Program-made: the position numbers and the translations under genes
DNA from: a virus
Lineage: Duplodnaviria > Heunggongvirae > Uroviricota > Caudoviricetes
Length of the DNA stretch: 64,000 bases
IMG/VR virus record: IMGVR_UViG_3300042887_005798
Strand: one strand, 5' to 3'
The notes under the pieces: model-generated
Told to the model about the DNA's origin: nothing
The model's input: only the letters and a program-made list of their open reading frames with translations
Databases searched by the model: none
Shown: positions 19,690 through 28,477 of the stretch, one piece after another
Layout of the letters: the number at the start of each line of letters is the position of its first letter
Position numbering within the stretch: the first letter of the stretch is position 1

Positions 19690-20377
19690 AAAAATATTAG
19701 TTTTGGGTCAAGGTTTATTAGGCACTGAAATAACTAAACAAACAAATTGGAACTACTTGTCTAGAAAAGATCATAAATTTGATATTTGTAATTTTGAAAA
19801 TTTTAAAAAAACTATGTTGAACTATGATACAATTGTTAATTGTATTGCTAATACCAACACTTACTCTGAATCGAAGGAAGAACATTGGAACGTAAATTAT
19901 AAAGCAGTGTATGATTTGTGTTTGTTTTGCAAAGATAATAATATAAAATTAGTTCATATAAGTAGCGATTTTGTTTATGCGAACAATTCAATAGTTGAGC
20001 CGTCGGAATTACAGCCTCCAATTCCTAGTGAAAATTGGTATTCCGTGACAAAACTTCTTGCAGATTGTGTAATTGAATTAGTTTGTGATAATTATTTAAT
20101 ACTAAGATGCACACACAAAAATTTCCCTTTTCCCTATAATGAAGCTTTTGTGGACAGAATTGGCAATTTTGATTATACTAATGTAATTGCAGATATAATA
20201 ATAAAAATGATAGAAAAAAATGCTCAAGGTTTATTTAATATAGGAACTGAAAAAAAATCAATTTATGAATTAGCTGTGCAATCAAATAAAAATGTTAAGA
20301 AAGTGTGTTCGCCTAATAACGTGCCAAAAGACACATCTATGGATTTAACTAAGATGAAAGAGCTTCTATCTTCATAA
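19679..20377 (+). CDS. RmlD-like NDP-4-keto-6-deoxyhexose reductase (SDR)
   Basis: VLGQGLLG, VNCIANT, HISSDFVY, WYSVTK (YxxxK). Confidence 0.8.
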   Translation: MHSKKILVLGQGLLGTEITKQTNWNYLSRKDHKFDICNFENFKKTMLNYDTIVNCIANTNTYSESKEEHWNVNYKAVYDLCLFCKDNNIKLVHISSDFVYANNSIVEPSELQPPIPSENWYSVTKLLADCVIELVCDNYLILRCTHKNFPFPYNEAFVDRIGNFDYTNVIADIIIKMIEKNAQGLFNIGTEKKSIYELAVQSNKNVKKVCSPNNVPKDTSMDLTKMKELLSS

Positions 20378-21035
20378 GATTTTCAGGAGATATTTCAGTA
20401 AAATCACAATATTTTAACTTCATACATCTGACTATTGAATTAGTGTTCATTTTAAATTGTGTTTTTGATCTTACCTGCTCAGACCATTTTAAATCTTCAC
20501 TTTGTCCCCATATCAAATTTTCATCCAAAGGATTATCCAACATAAATTTAGTCTTAGCAACCCAGTAAGTTCCAGATATATACATCAAATTTGTTAAATG
20601 CGTGATATTGTATGGTAAAAAGAATTCTCTTGTTACAACAGGTCCTTTAGGAGGTATAATATCAAATGGATTCAGACACCAATCTCTGAATCTAGTATTG
20701 TTACTATTCAAAATTACATTCATTGCAATATCAAAATCATTGCCAAAATTTAAAAAACCTTTATACCAATTTGCTTCAAATTCTATATAATCGTGTAAAA
20801 GCACAATATTTTCAAAATTTGCATTTTGGCATAGTATATTTTTTTTCTTTGTAATCCATCCTTCTTTTTGTGTTTCATCAAAATAAATTACTTTTGATTT
20901 ACTGTCTACATCTTCTATGTCACCGATAAAAAGTATTTCATAATTAGGTATATTTAAAAGATGAATGCTTCTGGCTAAAGTTTGATGTAAGTCTTTATTT
21001 GAGCGAGAGGCACAAATCCCAAAAGTAAATTCCAT
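20349..21035 (-). CDS. Putative GT-A fold glycosyltransferase (paralog of 7464..8174)
   Basis: MEFTFGIC, WITKKKN..ENIVLLHDYI, EDLKW. Confidence 0.65.
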   Translation of the reverse strand: MEFTFGICASRSNKDLHQTLARSIHLLNIPNYEILFIGDIEDVDSKSKVIYFDETQKEGWITKKKNILCQNANFENIVLLHDYIEFEANWYKGFLNFGNDFDIAMNVILNSNNTRFRDWCLNPFDIIPPKGPVVTREFFLPYNITHLTNLMYISGTYWVAKTKFMLDNPLDENLIWGQSEDLKWSEQVRSKTQFKMNTNSIVRCMKLKYCDFTEISPENLMKIEALSS

Positions 21036-21040
21036 TCATT

Positions 21041-21052
21041 AATTGTACAATT
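21041..21052. promoter_or_regulatory. Palindromic bidirectional -10 element AATTGTACAATT
   Basis: Perfect 12-bp palindrome; TACAAT plus 6 nt to ATG 21035 (-) and to ATG 21058 (+). Confidence 0.8.
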
Positions 21053-21057
21053 TAGAA

Positions 21058-21846
21058 ATGAATGGAAATAACCTTGCAATTATTGTTCCAATACATTTTC
21101 CAAAAATTGAATGGTTAAAAAAACTATGTGAGAGCTACAATTTGATTAAGCCAGATATTGATTTATATATAGTTGTAAGTGAAGAAGAGCAAAATAAATT
21201 AAATTTTTACCAGGAAATAGTAAACCCACATCAAATTATAATTTGCCCAAATGTAAATTCAAGCAGAAGCCCTGTAACATATAAAAAAATGTATGGGTTA
21301 CATGAAGTTTATAAAATGCAAAAATACTATGGATATGCGTGTGTAGATTCTGAAAGTTTATTTATAAATACGGGGTTTGAGGAATCATTCATGAGATTCT
21401 ATAATGACAAAGTTTTATATTGCTATCCTACAGATGTGGATTTCTTGATAAATATTCAACACCAAAGTTCAAAGTTTTTTAAAGAAAATGAAGAGCTGAA
21501 AAAATTCAAAAAAATGTATTCTGTTTGGAATACAATACCTTGGTTTGTAGATCAGCATTTGGGATCATATTTTAAAGACATAAAATATGATGAAGGTTTT
21601 TTCTTTAAGTGTGATTGGGAGGTGTTCGACCAATTAAGCTATCAAGCATGGTTAATTTCTAAAAATTTGTATAAAATAAGCGATATTCAATATAGGCTTG
21701 AATACCCTGAAGACATGAAAGAAAGTGAAAGAAATATATTTAAAAACATTTCCATTGATTGGATCAGATTTGGCGCAAGAAATTTATCGTGTTTTGCAAA
21801 TAATAAACCTTTAATGTATTTTCACACCGATAGGGATCAAGGATAA
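21058..21846 (+). CDS. Hypothetical protein, possibly GT-A-like
   Basis: LAIIVPIH start, YACVDSE (DxE); start moved to 21058. Confidence 0.5.
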   Translation: MNGNNLAIIVPIHFPKIEWLKKLCESYNLIKPDIDLYIVVSEEEQNKLNFYQEIVNPHQIIICPNVNSSRSPVTYKKMYGLHEVYKMQKYYGYACVDSESLFINTGFEESFMRFYNDKVLYCYPTDVDFLINIQHQSSKFFKENEELKKFKKMYSVWNTIPWFVDQHLGSYFKDIKYDEGFFFKCDWEVFDQLSYQAWLISKNLYKISDIQYRLEYPEDMKESERNIFKNISIDWIRFGARNLSCFANNKPLMYFHTDRDQG

Positions 21847-21847
21847 G

Positions 21848-22546
21848 ATGAAAAGAGAAAATATAGAAATTATTGTTTCAGAACAATCACTTTATGATGG
21901 ATTTAATAGCTTTATAATGAGTGATGATGTCAAAGTATTTGGTAAACTTTTAGCACGTACTTTATTGTTCGAAAGTGTTAAAAATATCCCAGGTGATATT
22001 GTAGAATGTGGTGTTTTCAAAGGATCTGGTATATATAGTTTTCTGAAATTAAAAAGATATTTATGTCCGAACACCAGTAAAAAAGTTATTGGTTTTGACA
22101 TGTTCAATTCTGAAGAATTAATAAATAGTTTAAAAAGTGTAGATAAAGAAGCAATGTCCGAGCTTTTCAATGGGCGCAACTTTAAACACGAGCAAAATTA
22201 CAAAAACTATTTAGAGGCAAATATTTTATCAAATGGCTTTTTGCCACATGAATTTGAATTAATTCAAGGAGACATATCTAAAACTGCTTTAAAATATGTA
22301 GAGGAAAACCCAGGTTTTAAAATTTCTCTTTTATATTTAGATTTAGATCTAGGTGAGCCAACTTATGATACATTGTGCGCACTATGGGATAGAGTTTCAG
22401 TTGGCGGCTTAGTTATTTTTGATGAATATGGCTACGCTAAATGGTCTGAATCTGAAGGGGTAGACAGATTCTTCAAAGACAAAAATATTGAAATTATTTC
22501 TCTAAACTACATTTGTCCAACTGCATACGTTAAAAAAATTGTATAA
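21848..22546 (+). CDS. TylF/MycF-like sugar O-methyltransferase
   Basis: PGDIVECGVFKG, IGFDMF, LLYLDLDL..PT, GGLVIFDEY. Confidence 0.88.
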   Translation: MKRENIEIIVSEQSLYDGFNSFIMSDDVKVFGKLLARTLLFESVKNIPGDIVECGVFKGSGIYSFLKLKRYLCPNTSKKVIGFDMFNSEELINSLKSVDKEAMSELFNGRNFKHEQNYKNYLEANILSNGFLPHEFELIQGDISKTALKYVEENPGFKISLLYLDLDLGEPTYDTLCALWDRVSVGGLVIFDEYGYAKWSESEGVDRFFKDKNIEIISLNYICPTAYVKKIV

Positions 22547-22554
22547 TTTTTAAT

Positions 22555-23457
22555 ATGCCTAAAATAAATCTCACTGGACATAAAGGATTGGTAGGATCAG
22601 CAATCAAAGCAGAAATTTCAACTATTGATTACACTAAAAGAATTAATAATTTAGAAGATTATTCAAATTTTTTAACAGAAAATCAAATTGATACAATAAT
22701 ACACACAGCTGCTAAAGTTGGTGGAGTTGTAAGTAATTACAACAATAAAATTGACTTTTATTTGTTAAATAGTAACTTGAATAACATTGTTTTTGAGGCT
22801 GCTCTTAAGACAAATGTAAAAAAACTTATTAATTTTTCTTCTACTTGTGTATTTCCAGACAAAGTAGAGTACCCATTAAAGGAAGAGTATATTTTTGAGG
22901 GTCCTCCTCACTACACGAATGATTCTTATGCTTATGCTAAAAGAATGATGCAACATCTTTGTATAGAGGCTAAAAAGTTAGGACATAATTACTTCACAAT
23001 TGTGCCAACAAATGTTTTTGGATTAAATGATTATTATAATCTTCAAAATTCTCATGTTTTACCTGGAATGATTCACAAATGTTTTTTGGCTAAACAGAAT
23101 AATACTGAATTTGTCATTTGGGGATCTGGCAAACCCTTGAGAGAATTTATTTATTCCAAGGATTTAGCAAGAATCACAAAACAACTAACTAATATTGATC
23201 ATGATTATGATTCTGTAATTGTTTCTAACGGAAATGAAATATCTATTGAGGAATGCGCTTATACAATTGCAAAGGCTTTTGGGTTTAAAGGTAACATTGT
23301 TTACGATTCATCTAAGCCCGATGGACAATTCAGGAAACCAACAGACATTTCAAGGTTAAAAGAATTAATCCCAGATTTGACTTTTACACCATTTGAAGAT
23401 GCAATAAATGAATCAATTGAATGGTTTGTTACAAATTATGAACAAATAAGAAAATGA
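22555..23457 (+). CDS. fcl: GDP-L-fucose synthase
   Basis: AAKVGG, SSTCVFP, YAYAKR, PTNVFG, SHVLPGMI, WGSGKPLREF, KPDGQFRK. Confidence 0.93.
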   Translation: MPKINLTGHKGLVGSAIKAEISTIDYTKRINNLEDYSNFLTENQIDTIIHTAAKVGGVVSNYNNKIDFYLLNSNLNNIVFEAALKTNVKKLINFSSTCVFPDKVEYPLKEEYIFEGPPHYTNDSYAYAKRMMQHLCIEAKKLGHNYFTIVPTNVFGLNDYYNLQNSHVLPGMIHKCFLAKQNNTEFVIWGSGKPLREFIYSKDLARITKQLTNIDHDYDSVIVSNGNEISIEECAYTIAKAFGFKGNIVYDSSKPDGQFRKPTDISRLKELIPDLTFTPFEDAINESIEWFVTNYEQIRK

Positions 23458-24419
23458 AAAAAGCTTTAATCACAGGAATTTCTGGACAAGATGGTTCGTA
23501 TTTAGCGCGACATCTCTTAGACCTTGGATATGATGTTCATGGAGTTGTAAGGAGACATTCTGTGCCACAAAATCAAAGCTATAGATTGAATAGTTATTTT
23601 GAAGAATTAAAATTGCATTATGGTGATTTAACTGACCCTATGTGTATTTTTAACCTCATAAATAGAATCCGACCAGATGAAATTTATAACCTTGCAGCGC
23701 AATCGCATGTACGAATTAGTTTTGACATGCCTGGATACACTAACCAAGTCAATGCTCAAGGTTTTTTAAATATTTTAGAAGCAGTGAGGGTAATAGATAA
23801 AGACATAAAAATTTATCAAGCTTCATCAAGTGAAATGTTCGGTAATTCAATTGATGAAGATGGATTCCAAAGAATAACCACACCAATGCACCCAGTTAGC
23901 CCATATGGTTGTTCAAAATTAGTAGCACACAATCTGGCAATGAATTACAAACATTCTTATGATATGTTTATAGTTTCAGGCGTTTTATTCAATCATGAAA
24001 GCCCACAAAGAGCAACTAATTTTGTAACAGCAAAAGTTGTGGAAGGGGCTGTGACAATTAAAAAAGGAATCAAATCAGAATTAAAGTTAGGTAATTTAGA
24101 CGCCGCTAGAGACTGGGGACATTCCAAAGATTATATAAAAGCTATGCATTTAATGATGCAGAATACATCCCCTAAGGATTACGTTGTTGCAACTGGCGAA
24201 AGCAGAACAGTTAAAGATTTAACACAATATGTTTTTAACAAACTAGACATGAATTATTTAGATTATGTTACTCAAGATGAAAGATTTTTAAGACCAGAAG
24301 AATTAAATGTCTTAAAAGGTGATTCTTTCCCTATCAGAGCTGAATTAGGATGGCAACCAGAATACAGTTTTGAAAGCATGATTGATGAAATGATTGAATG
24401 GAGAGTAAATGCAATATGA
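23454..24419 (+). CDS. gmd: GDP-mannose 4,6-dehydratase
   Basis: LITGISGQDGSYLA, NLAAQSHV, QASSSEMFG, PVSPYG, LFNHESP, LGNLDAARDWGH. Confidence 0.96.
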   Translation: MKKALITGISGQDGSYLARHLLDLGYDVHGVVRRHSVPQNQSYRLNSYFEELKLHYGDLTDPMCIFNLINRIRPDEIYNLAAQSHVRISFDMPGYTNQVNAQGFLNILEAVRVIDKDIKIYQASSSEMFGNSIDEDGFQRITTPMHPVSPYGCSKLVAHNLAMNYKHSYDMFIVSGVLFNHESPQRATNFVTAKVVEGAVTIKKGIKSELKLGNLDAARDWGHSKDYIKAMHLMMQNTSPKDYVVATGESRTVKDLTQYVFNKLDMNYLDYVTQDERFLRPEELNVLKGDSFPIRAELGWQPEYSFESMIDEMIEWRVNAI

Positions 24420-25780
24420 TAAAACTTGTGATTTTTGATTTGGATGGTGTTTTAGTAGATACGCCTGATATGCATTTTGAAACTTTTGCACAAGCTTATT
24501 ATGACTTTACAAATATTTCAATAACTAAAAAAGAACATGATTTGGACTTCAATGGAAGAAGCACTAAGACAAAATTAAAAATTCTTGGTGAAAGAGATAA
24601 CTTAGAATCTACGACAAAACAAAATATCTGGAATAAAAAACAAGATTATACATTTGACTTTATCAGAGAAAAAATATGCGTGGATGAAACTAAGATTGAG
24701 CTTTTGAGATTTTTAAAAAACGAAGGTTACAAAATAGCATGTGCCTCAAATGCAATTCACCGCACCGTTGAAAGCATTCTTGAAAAAATGCAGATTTTGG
24801 AATATTTTGATTTAATTTTATCAAATGAAAATGTAAATAACCCTAAGCCTTCTGCTGAAATATATTTGAAAACAATGATTGATCTCAATTGTAATCCATC
24901 AAACACATTGATAATTGAAGATTCAAAGGTTGGATATGAATCTGCCATTTCAACAAATGCAGAAGTGCTAAGAGTGGTAAATGCAAAAGAAGTGACGCTT
25001 GAAAAAATCAAGGATCATTTAGATAACTTGGTGATAAAATCATTAAAACAAAAATATAAAAATTCTAAGCTTACAGTAGTAATTCCTATGGCTGGAGCTG
25101 GATCAAGATTTGAAGTGGCAGGCTACACCTTCCCTAAGCCTTTGATTGAAGTAAAAGGGAAGCCAATGATACAATTAGTTTTAGAAACACTAAATATTGA
25201 AGCTAAATATATCTTTATCGTGAGAAAAGAACACATAGCAAAGTACTCTTTAAAAGAATTTTTGAATCAAATTGCTCCTGGATGTGAAGTAATAACCACT
25301 GACGGCTTAACAGAAGGATCGGCATGTACAGTGTTACTTGCAAAAGAATTTATTGATAACGATAATCCTATTCTAATGGCAAATTCTGACCAATATATTG
25401 AATGGGATGCGTTTGAGTTCATGAAGAACAACATAAATAATAATTTCGATGGCTCAATTTTAACTTTTGAAGCAACTCATCCAAAATGGAGTTTTGTCAA
25501 AATAGATAATGAAGGTTTTGTCACAGAAGTGGCTGAAAAGAAACCAATAAGCAATATTGCAACAGTAGGAATTTATTGGTGGTTAAAAGGATCTGATTTT
25601 GTTAAGTATGCAGAAAAAATGATTGAAAAAGATATTAGAGTAAACAATGAATTTTACATTTGTCCTGTTTTTAATGAAGCAATTGCAGAAGATAAAAAGA
25701 TTGGAATTTTTAATGTTGATGAAATGTGGGGAATTGGTACTCCTGAAGATTTAAATTATTTCTTGTCTACAAAAAAATGA
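24416..25780 (+). CDS. HAD phosphatase fused to nucleotidyltransferase (GT-A) domain
   Basis: FDLDGVLVD, ASNA, PKPS, IIEDS; then IPMAGAGSRF..PKPLI, ANSDQ, ATVGIY, GIGTPEDL; start moved to 24416. Confidence 0.85.
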   Translation: MIKLVIFDLDGVLVDTPDMHFETFAQAYYDFTNISITKKEHDLDFNGRSTKTKLKILGERDNLESTTKQNIWNKKQDYTFDFIREKICVDETKIELLRFLKNEGYKIACASNAIHRTVESILEKMQILEYFDLILSNENVNNPKPSAEIYLKTMIDLNCNPSNTLIIEDSKVGYESAISTNAEVLRVVNAKEVTLEKIKDHLDNLVIKSLKQKYKNSKLTVVIPMAGAGSRFEVAGYTFPKPLIEVKGKPMIQLVLETLNIEAKYIFIVRKEHIAKYSLKEFLNQIAPGCEVITTDGLTEGSACTVLLAKEFIDNDNPILMANSDQYIEWDAFEFMKNNINNNFDGSILTFEATHPKWSFVKIDNEGFVTEVAEKKPISNIATVGIYWWLKGSDFVKYAEKMIEKDIRVNNEFYICPVFNEAIAEDKKIGIFNVDEMWGIGTPEDLNYFLSTKK

Positions 25781-26100
25781 TAAAATACAATTTGCAAGAT
25801 TTTGTTGGTGGTTGGTTTGTTGGTGACTTCAATCCTTCAATTGAAAAATCACAAAATTTTGAAGTGTGCATTAAAAGATACACAAAAGGTGATTATGACC
25901 ATAAGCATTATCATTTGCTATCAGATGAAATTACAGTAATTGTTTCAGGTTCAGCTAGAATGAACGACACAATTTATCAAGCAAATGACATTATTCAAAT
26001 AAATAAAGGTGAATCCACTGATTTTGAAGCATTAGAAGATTGTGTCACTTGTGTTGTTAAAATACCTTCATCTAAAAACGATAAATATTTAGTTGATTAA
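25777..26100 (+). CDS. Cupin domain protein
   Basis: GGWFVGDF..H.H..EITVIVSG..VVK.PS. Confidence 0.75.
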   Translation: MIKYNLQDFVGGWFVGDFNPSIEKSQNFEVCIKRYTKGDYDHKHYHLLSDEITVIVSGSARMNDTIYQANDIIQINKGESTDFEALEDCVTCVVKIPSSKNDKYLVD

Positions 26101-26520
26101 TTTTGCATACTCTTCAACACAATCTGAGCATATACCATAAATATTTTCTGGAATATCTTCTACACCAAACTGCACTCTTACACAATCTTCTATAACTTCT
26201 GAGCCTGGATACGCCCACACATAGCCTTTAGATGTAAGCGTATAACTGTCTATATTGTGGAAAAAAACATTCGCTTCAGATTTCAAATCCACTAATGCTT
26301 GTAAATTTTTACAATGTATCCATAGTTTATCTTGTAATAAGAATTCTCTATCAATTTGATATTGGGCAAAATCATGACCTAAGTAAAATTTGTTTTGTTT
26401 TTTCCATACGTCTATTTCACAATCAAATCCTTTTTCTAATGCATGTTTTATGGAATCTGGGTGATTTTCCAAACATGTCTTTGCTCCTATTAAGTTACCT
26501 CTATGCGAAATCAGTTTCAT
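26089..26520 (-). CDS. Glycerophosphodiester phosphodiesterase (PLC-like) small domain protein
   Basis: LISHRGN..ENHP..CEIDVW..LGHD..WIHCKN; start moved to 26520 (TGTATAAT plus 6 nt). Confidence 0.75.
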   Translation of the reverse strand: MKLISHRGNLIGAKTCLENHPDSIKHALEKGFDCEIDVWKKQNKFYLGHDFAQYQIDREFLLQDKLWIHCKNLQALVDLKSEANVFFHNIDSYTLTSKGYVWAYPGSEVIEDCVRVQFGVEDIPENIYGICSDCVEEYAKLIN

Positions 26521-26554
26521 AGGAATATTATACAGTGGCAATGAAATATTAAAT

Positions 26555-27193
26555 GTGGTAACAGAATTAATTAAATTAGCTAATAAATTAGATGATGAGA
26601 AAAAATTTAATCAAGCAGATTCAATAGCTAATTATTTGATTGAATTTTCAAAATCAAAAGCATTGAAATCTTCCACGATAGACTCAGAAATCCCAACCAA
26701 ACTTCTTATGCTTGAAAAAGCTGGTGTTGACACTAAAGAGTATTTTGAAAAATTCAAAAAAAATAATGTTACACAATCTGATTTAGAAGAAATAAATCAG
26801 AAACTTGAAGATAATTGCCCTGATAAAAAAATTGATAAACAAGACACTGACTTCCATGAGTATGTGTTGTGGATGAACAAAGAATCAGATGAAGAAAATT
26901 CTGAAGATAATGAAGACAAAGAAAAATTCTTCACTGACTTGAGAGAAACTTTTATAAATTTTTTAGTTGATCATGTTGTAGACGATTTTAAAAAAGAAAA
27001 AAAAGAGCCTTTGAACCCAGAAAATCTAATATCTTATTATTTTAAAAATAGAGAAGAATATGAAAAAGAATTAGAAAATTATGATTTGATGATGGGACAG
27101 ACTGAAGGAATTCTTACAGATAAAGATTTTGAAGAAGAATTAACGGAAGAAATTAATGATAATGCTGGCGAAATGGTCAGAAGAGCTGAATAA
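26555..27193 (+). CDS. Acidic hypothetical protein with N-terminal LANxLD..AD helical motif
   Basis: 212 aa, D/E-rich; LIKLANKLDDEKKFNQADSI. Confidence 0.55.
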   Translation: MVTELIKLANKLDDEKKFNQADSIANYLIEFSKSKALKSSTIDSEIPTKLLMLEKAGVDTKEYFEKFKKNNVTQSDLEEINQKLEDNCPDKKIDKQDTDFHEYVLWMNKESDEENSEDNEDKEKFFTDLRETFINFLVDHVVDDFKKEKKEPLNPENLISYYFKNREEYEKELENYDLMMGQTEGILTDKDFEEELTEEINDNAGEMVRRAE

Positions 27194-27221
27194 AATTAAT
27201 TTTGAATCGTAGAATTATATT

Positions 27222-27521
27222 GTGAGTGTTAATTCTAATATTGCTGAAGAAATACAAGTTTCAAAATCATTAATTGATGATATTTTTTCATTAGATGACG
27301 GTTATCAAATTATTGTTTATAATAATGATACCACTCCCTTCCAATTAGTTTTTTATGTATTCAAAAATGTAGTTCCAATGTCTGATCAAGAAGCATATGA
27401 TAAAGCTTTTGAAATACATACAAAAGGCAGTGCTGTAGTTTATAGAGGTGCAAAAACACATTGTCATAAGATAGGTGATGCTCTCTCAAAAATCAATGTA
27501 ACTTATATAATTGAAAATTAA
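27222..27521 (+). CDS. clpS: ATP-dependent Clp protease adaptor ClpS-like
   Basis: YQIIVYNNDTTPF..V, A..IHTKG.AVV; CGTAGAAT plus 6 nt before GTG. Confidence 0.8.
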   Translation: MSVNSNIAEEIQVSKSLIDDIFSLDDGYQIIVYNNDTTPFQLVFYVFKNVVPMSDQEAYDKAFEIHTKGSAVVYRGAKTHCHKIGDALSKINVTYIIEN

Positions 27522-27537
27522 TTGTATAATTAGTAAG

Positions 27538-28416
27538 ATGGAAGCTAAAGAAACATTAATTTTACAAAAAGTAATTGAAAGTTGGATCTCAAATAATTTA
27601 AATAAAGTGCTAGTTGCACAAGATTTAGCCAAGAAAATATTAGAATATGGATTTATTGATCCATCAAAAACACTGCCTTTTCAAATTTTGCCCACTGATA
27701 TTTCTGACTCTAATGGTGATTTGATTTGTAAACTGTTTGTAAATTTAGAAAATCCTATATATGGCTTCTTCACTATTGAGATTTCAGAAGATGATCTATT
27801 AGGTGTTACTTGTCCAAATACATGGCACTCATCATATTATGTGACAAGCGTTGAAGATTGTCATTATTGGTTAGACACGCTTGATCAAGAAATGAATACA
27901 TTTTATGAACTCTCAAGCGCAGCTGAAGAAAAACAAACTAGTTTTTGTAATTTAAAATTGAATGAGATGCTTGAAAATTACAAAAAACTCACTGAAACAA
28001 ATTTAATAGAAGTAAAAGACTATATTTCGCAAGATGAAAGAATTGCAATTGTTTCTAATTCTGTTTACGCTTTAGCAAAAGATGCACAACGGGATTTTTC
28101 AAAAGCACTTTTACTTCCGCAAGCCTGGGCAGTATTTGAATCAATTGATGATTTGCCTGATTTTGATGAAGAAATAAATGACTATTTAGATGAAAAAGCT
28201 ACAAATAAATTATTTGACAGATTAGTATATTTTGCACAAACCGAAAATTATTATGCTGCACCAATTTATTTAGCACAAAGAATTTGTTTACAATCTGGAA
28301 TGGATGTGCGTGGATTTTCAAAATCTGAGGATGCATGGGTAGTGGCAGCTATAACAGAAGAGTATGGAGAATTTGTCCTTCCTCCAATTGATATTAGTTC
28401 TTTTGAAGTAAAATAA
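27538..28416 (+). CDS. Hypothetical protein
   Basis: About 292 aa; start moved to ATG 27538 (TGTATAAT plus 7 nt). Confidence 0.55.
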   Translation: MEAKETLILQKVIESWISNNLNKVLVAQDLAKKILEYGFIDPSKTLPFQILPTDISDSNGDLICKLFVNLENPIYGFFTIEISEDDLLGVTCPNTWHSSYYVTSVEDCHYWLDTLDQEMNTFYELSSAAEEKQTSFCNLKLNEMLENYKKLTETNLIEVKDYISQDERIAIVSNSVYALAKDAQRDFSKALLLPQAWAVFESIDDLPDFDEEINDYLDEKATNKLFDRLVYFAQTENYYAAPIYLAQRICLQSGMDVRGFSKSEDAWVVAAITEEYGEFVLPPIDISSFEVK

Positions 28417-28430
28417 ATTAATAAAATATA

Positions 28431-28460
28431 AAAAAAAGACCAGCATAGCTGGTCTTTTTT
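28431..28460. terminator. Bidirectional intrinsic terminator
   Basis: AAAAAAA-GACCAGC-ATA-GCTGGTC-TTTTTT between convergent genes. Confidence 0.9.
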
Positions 28461-28477
28461 GTGTGATATGAGGTGGT

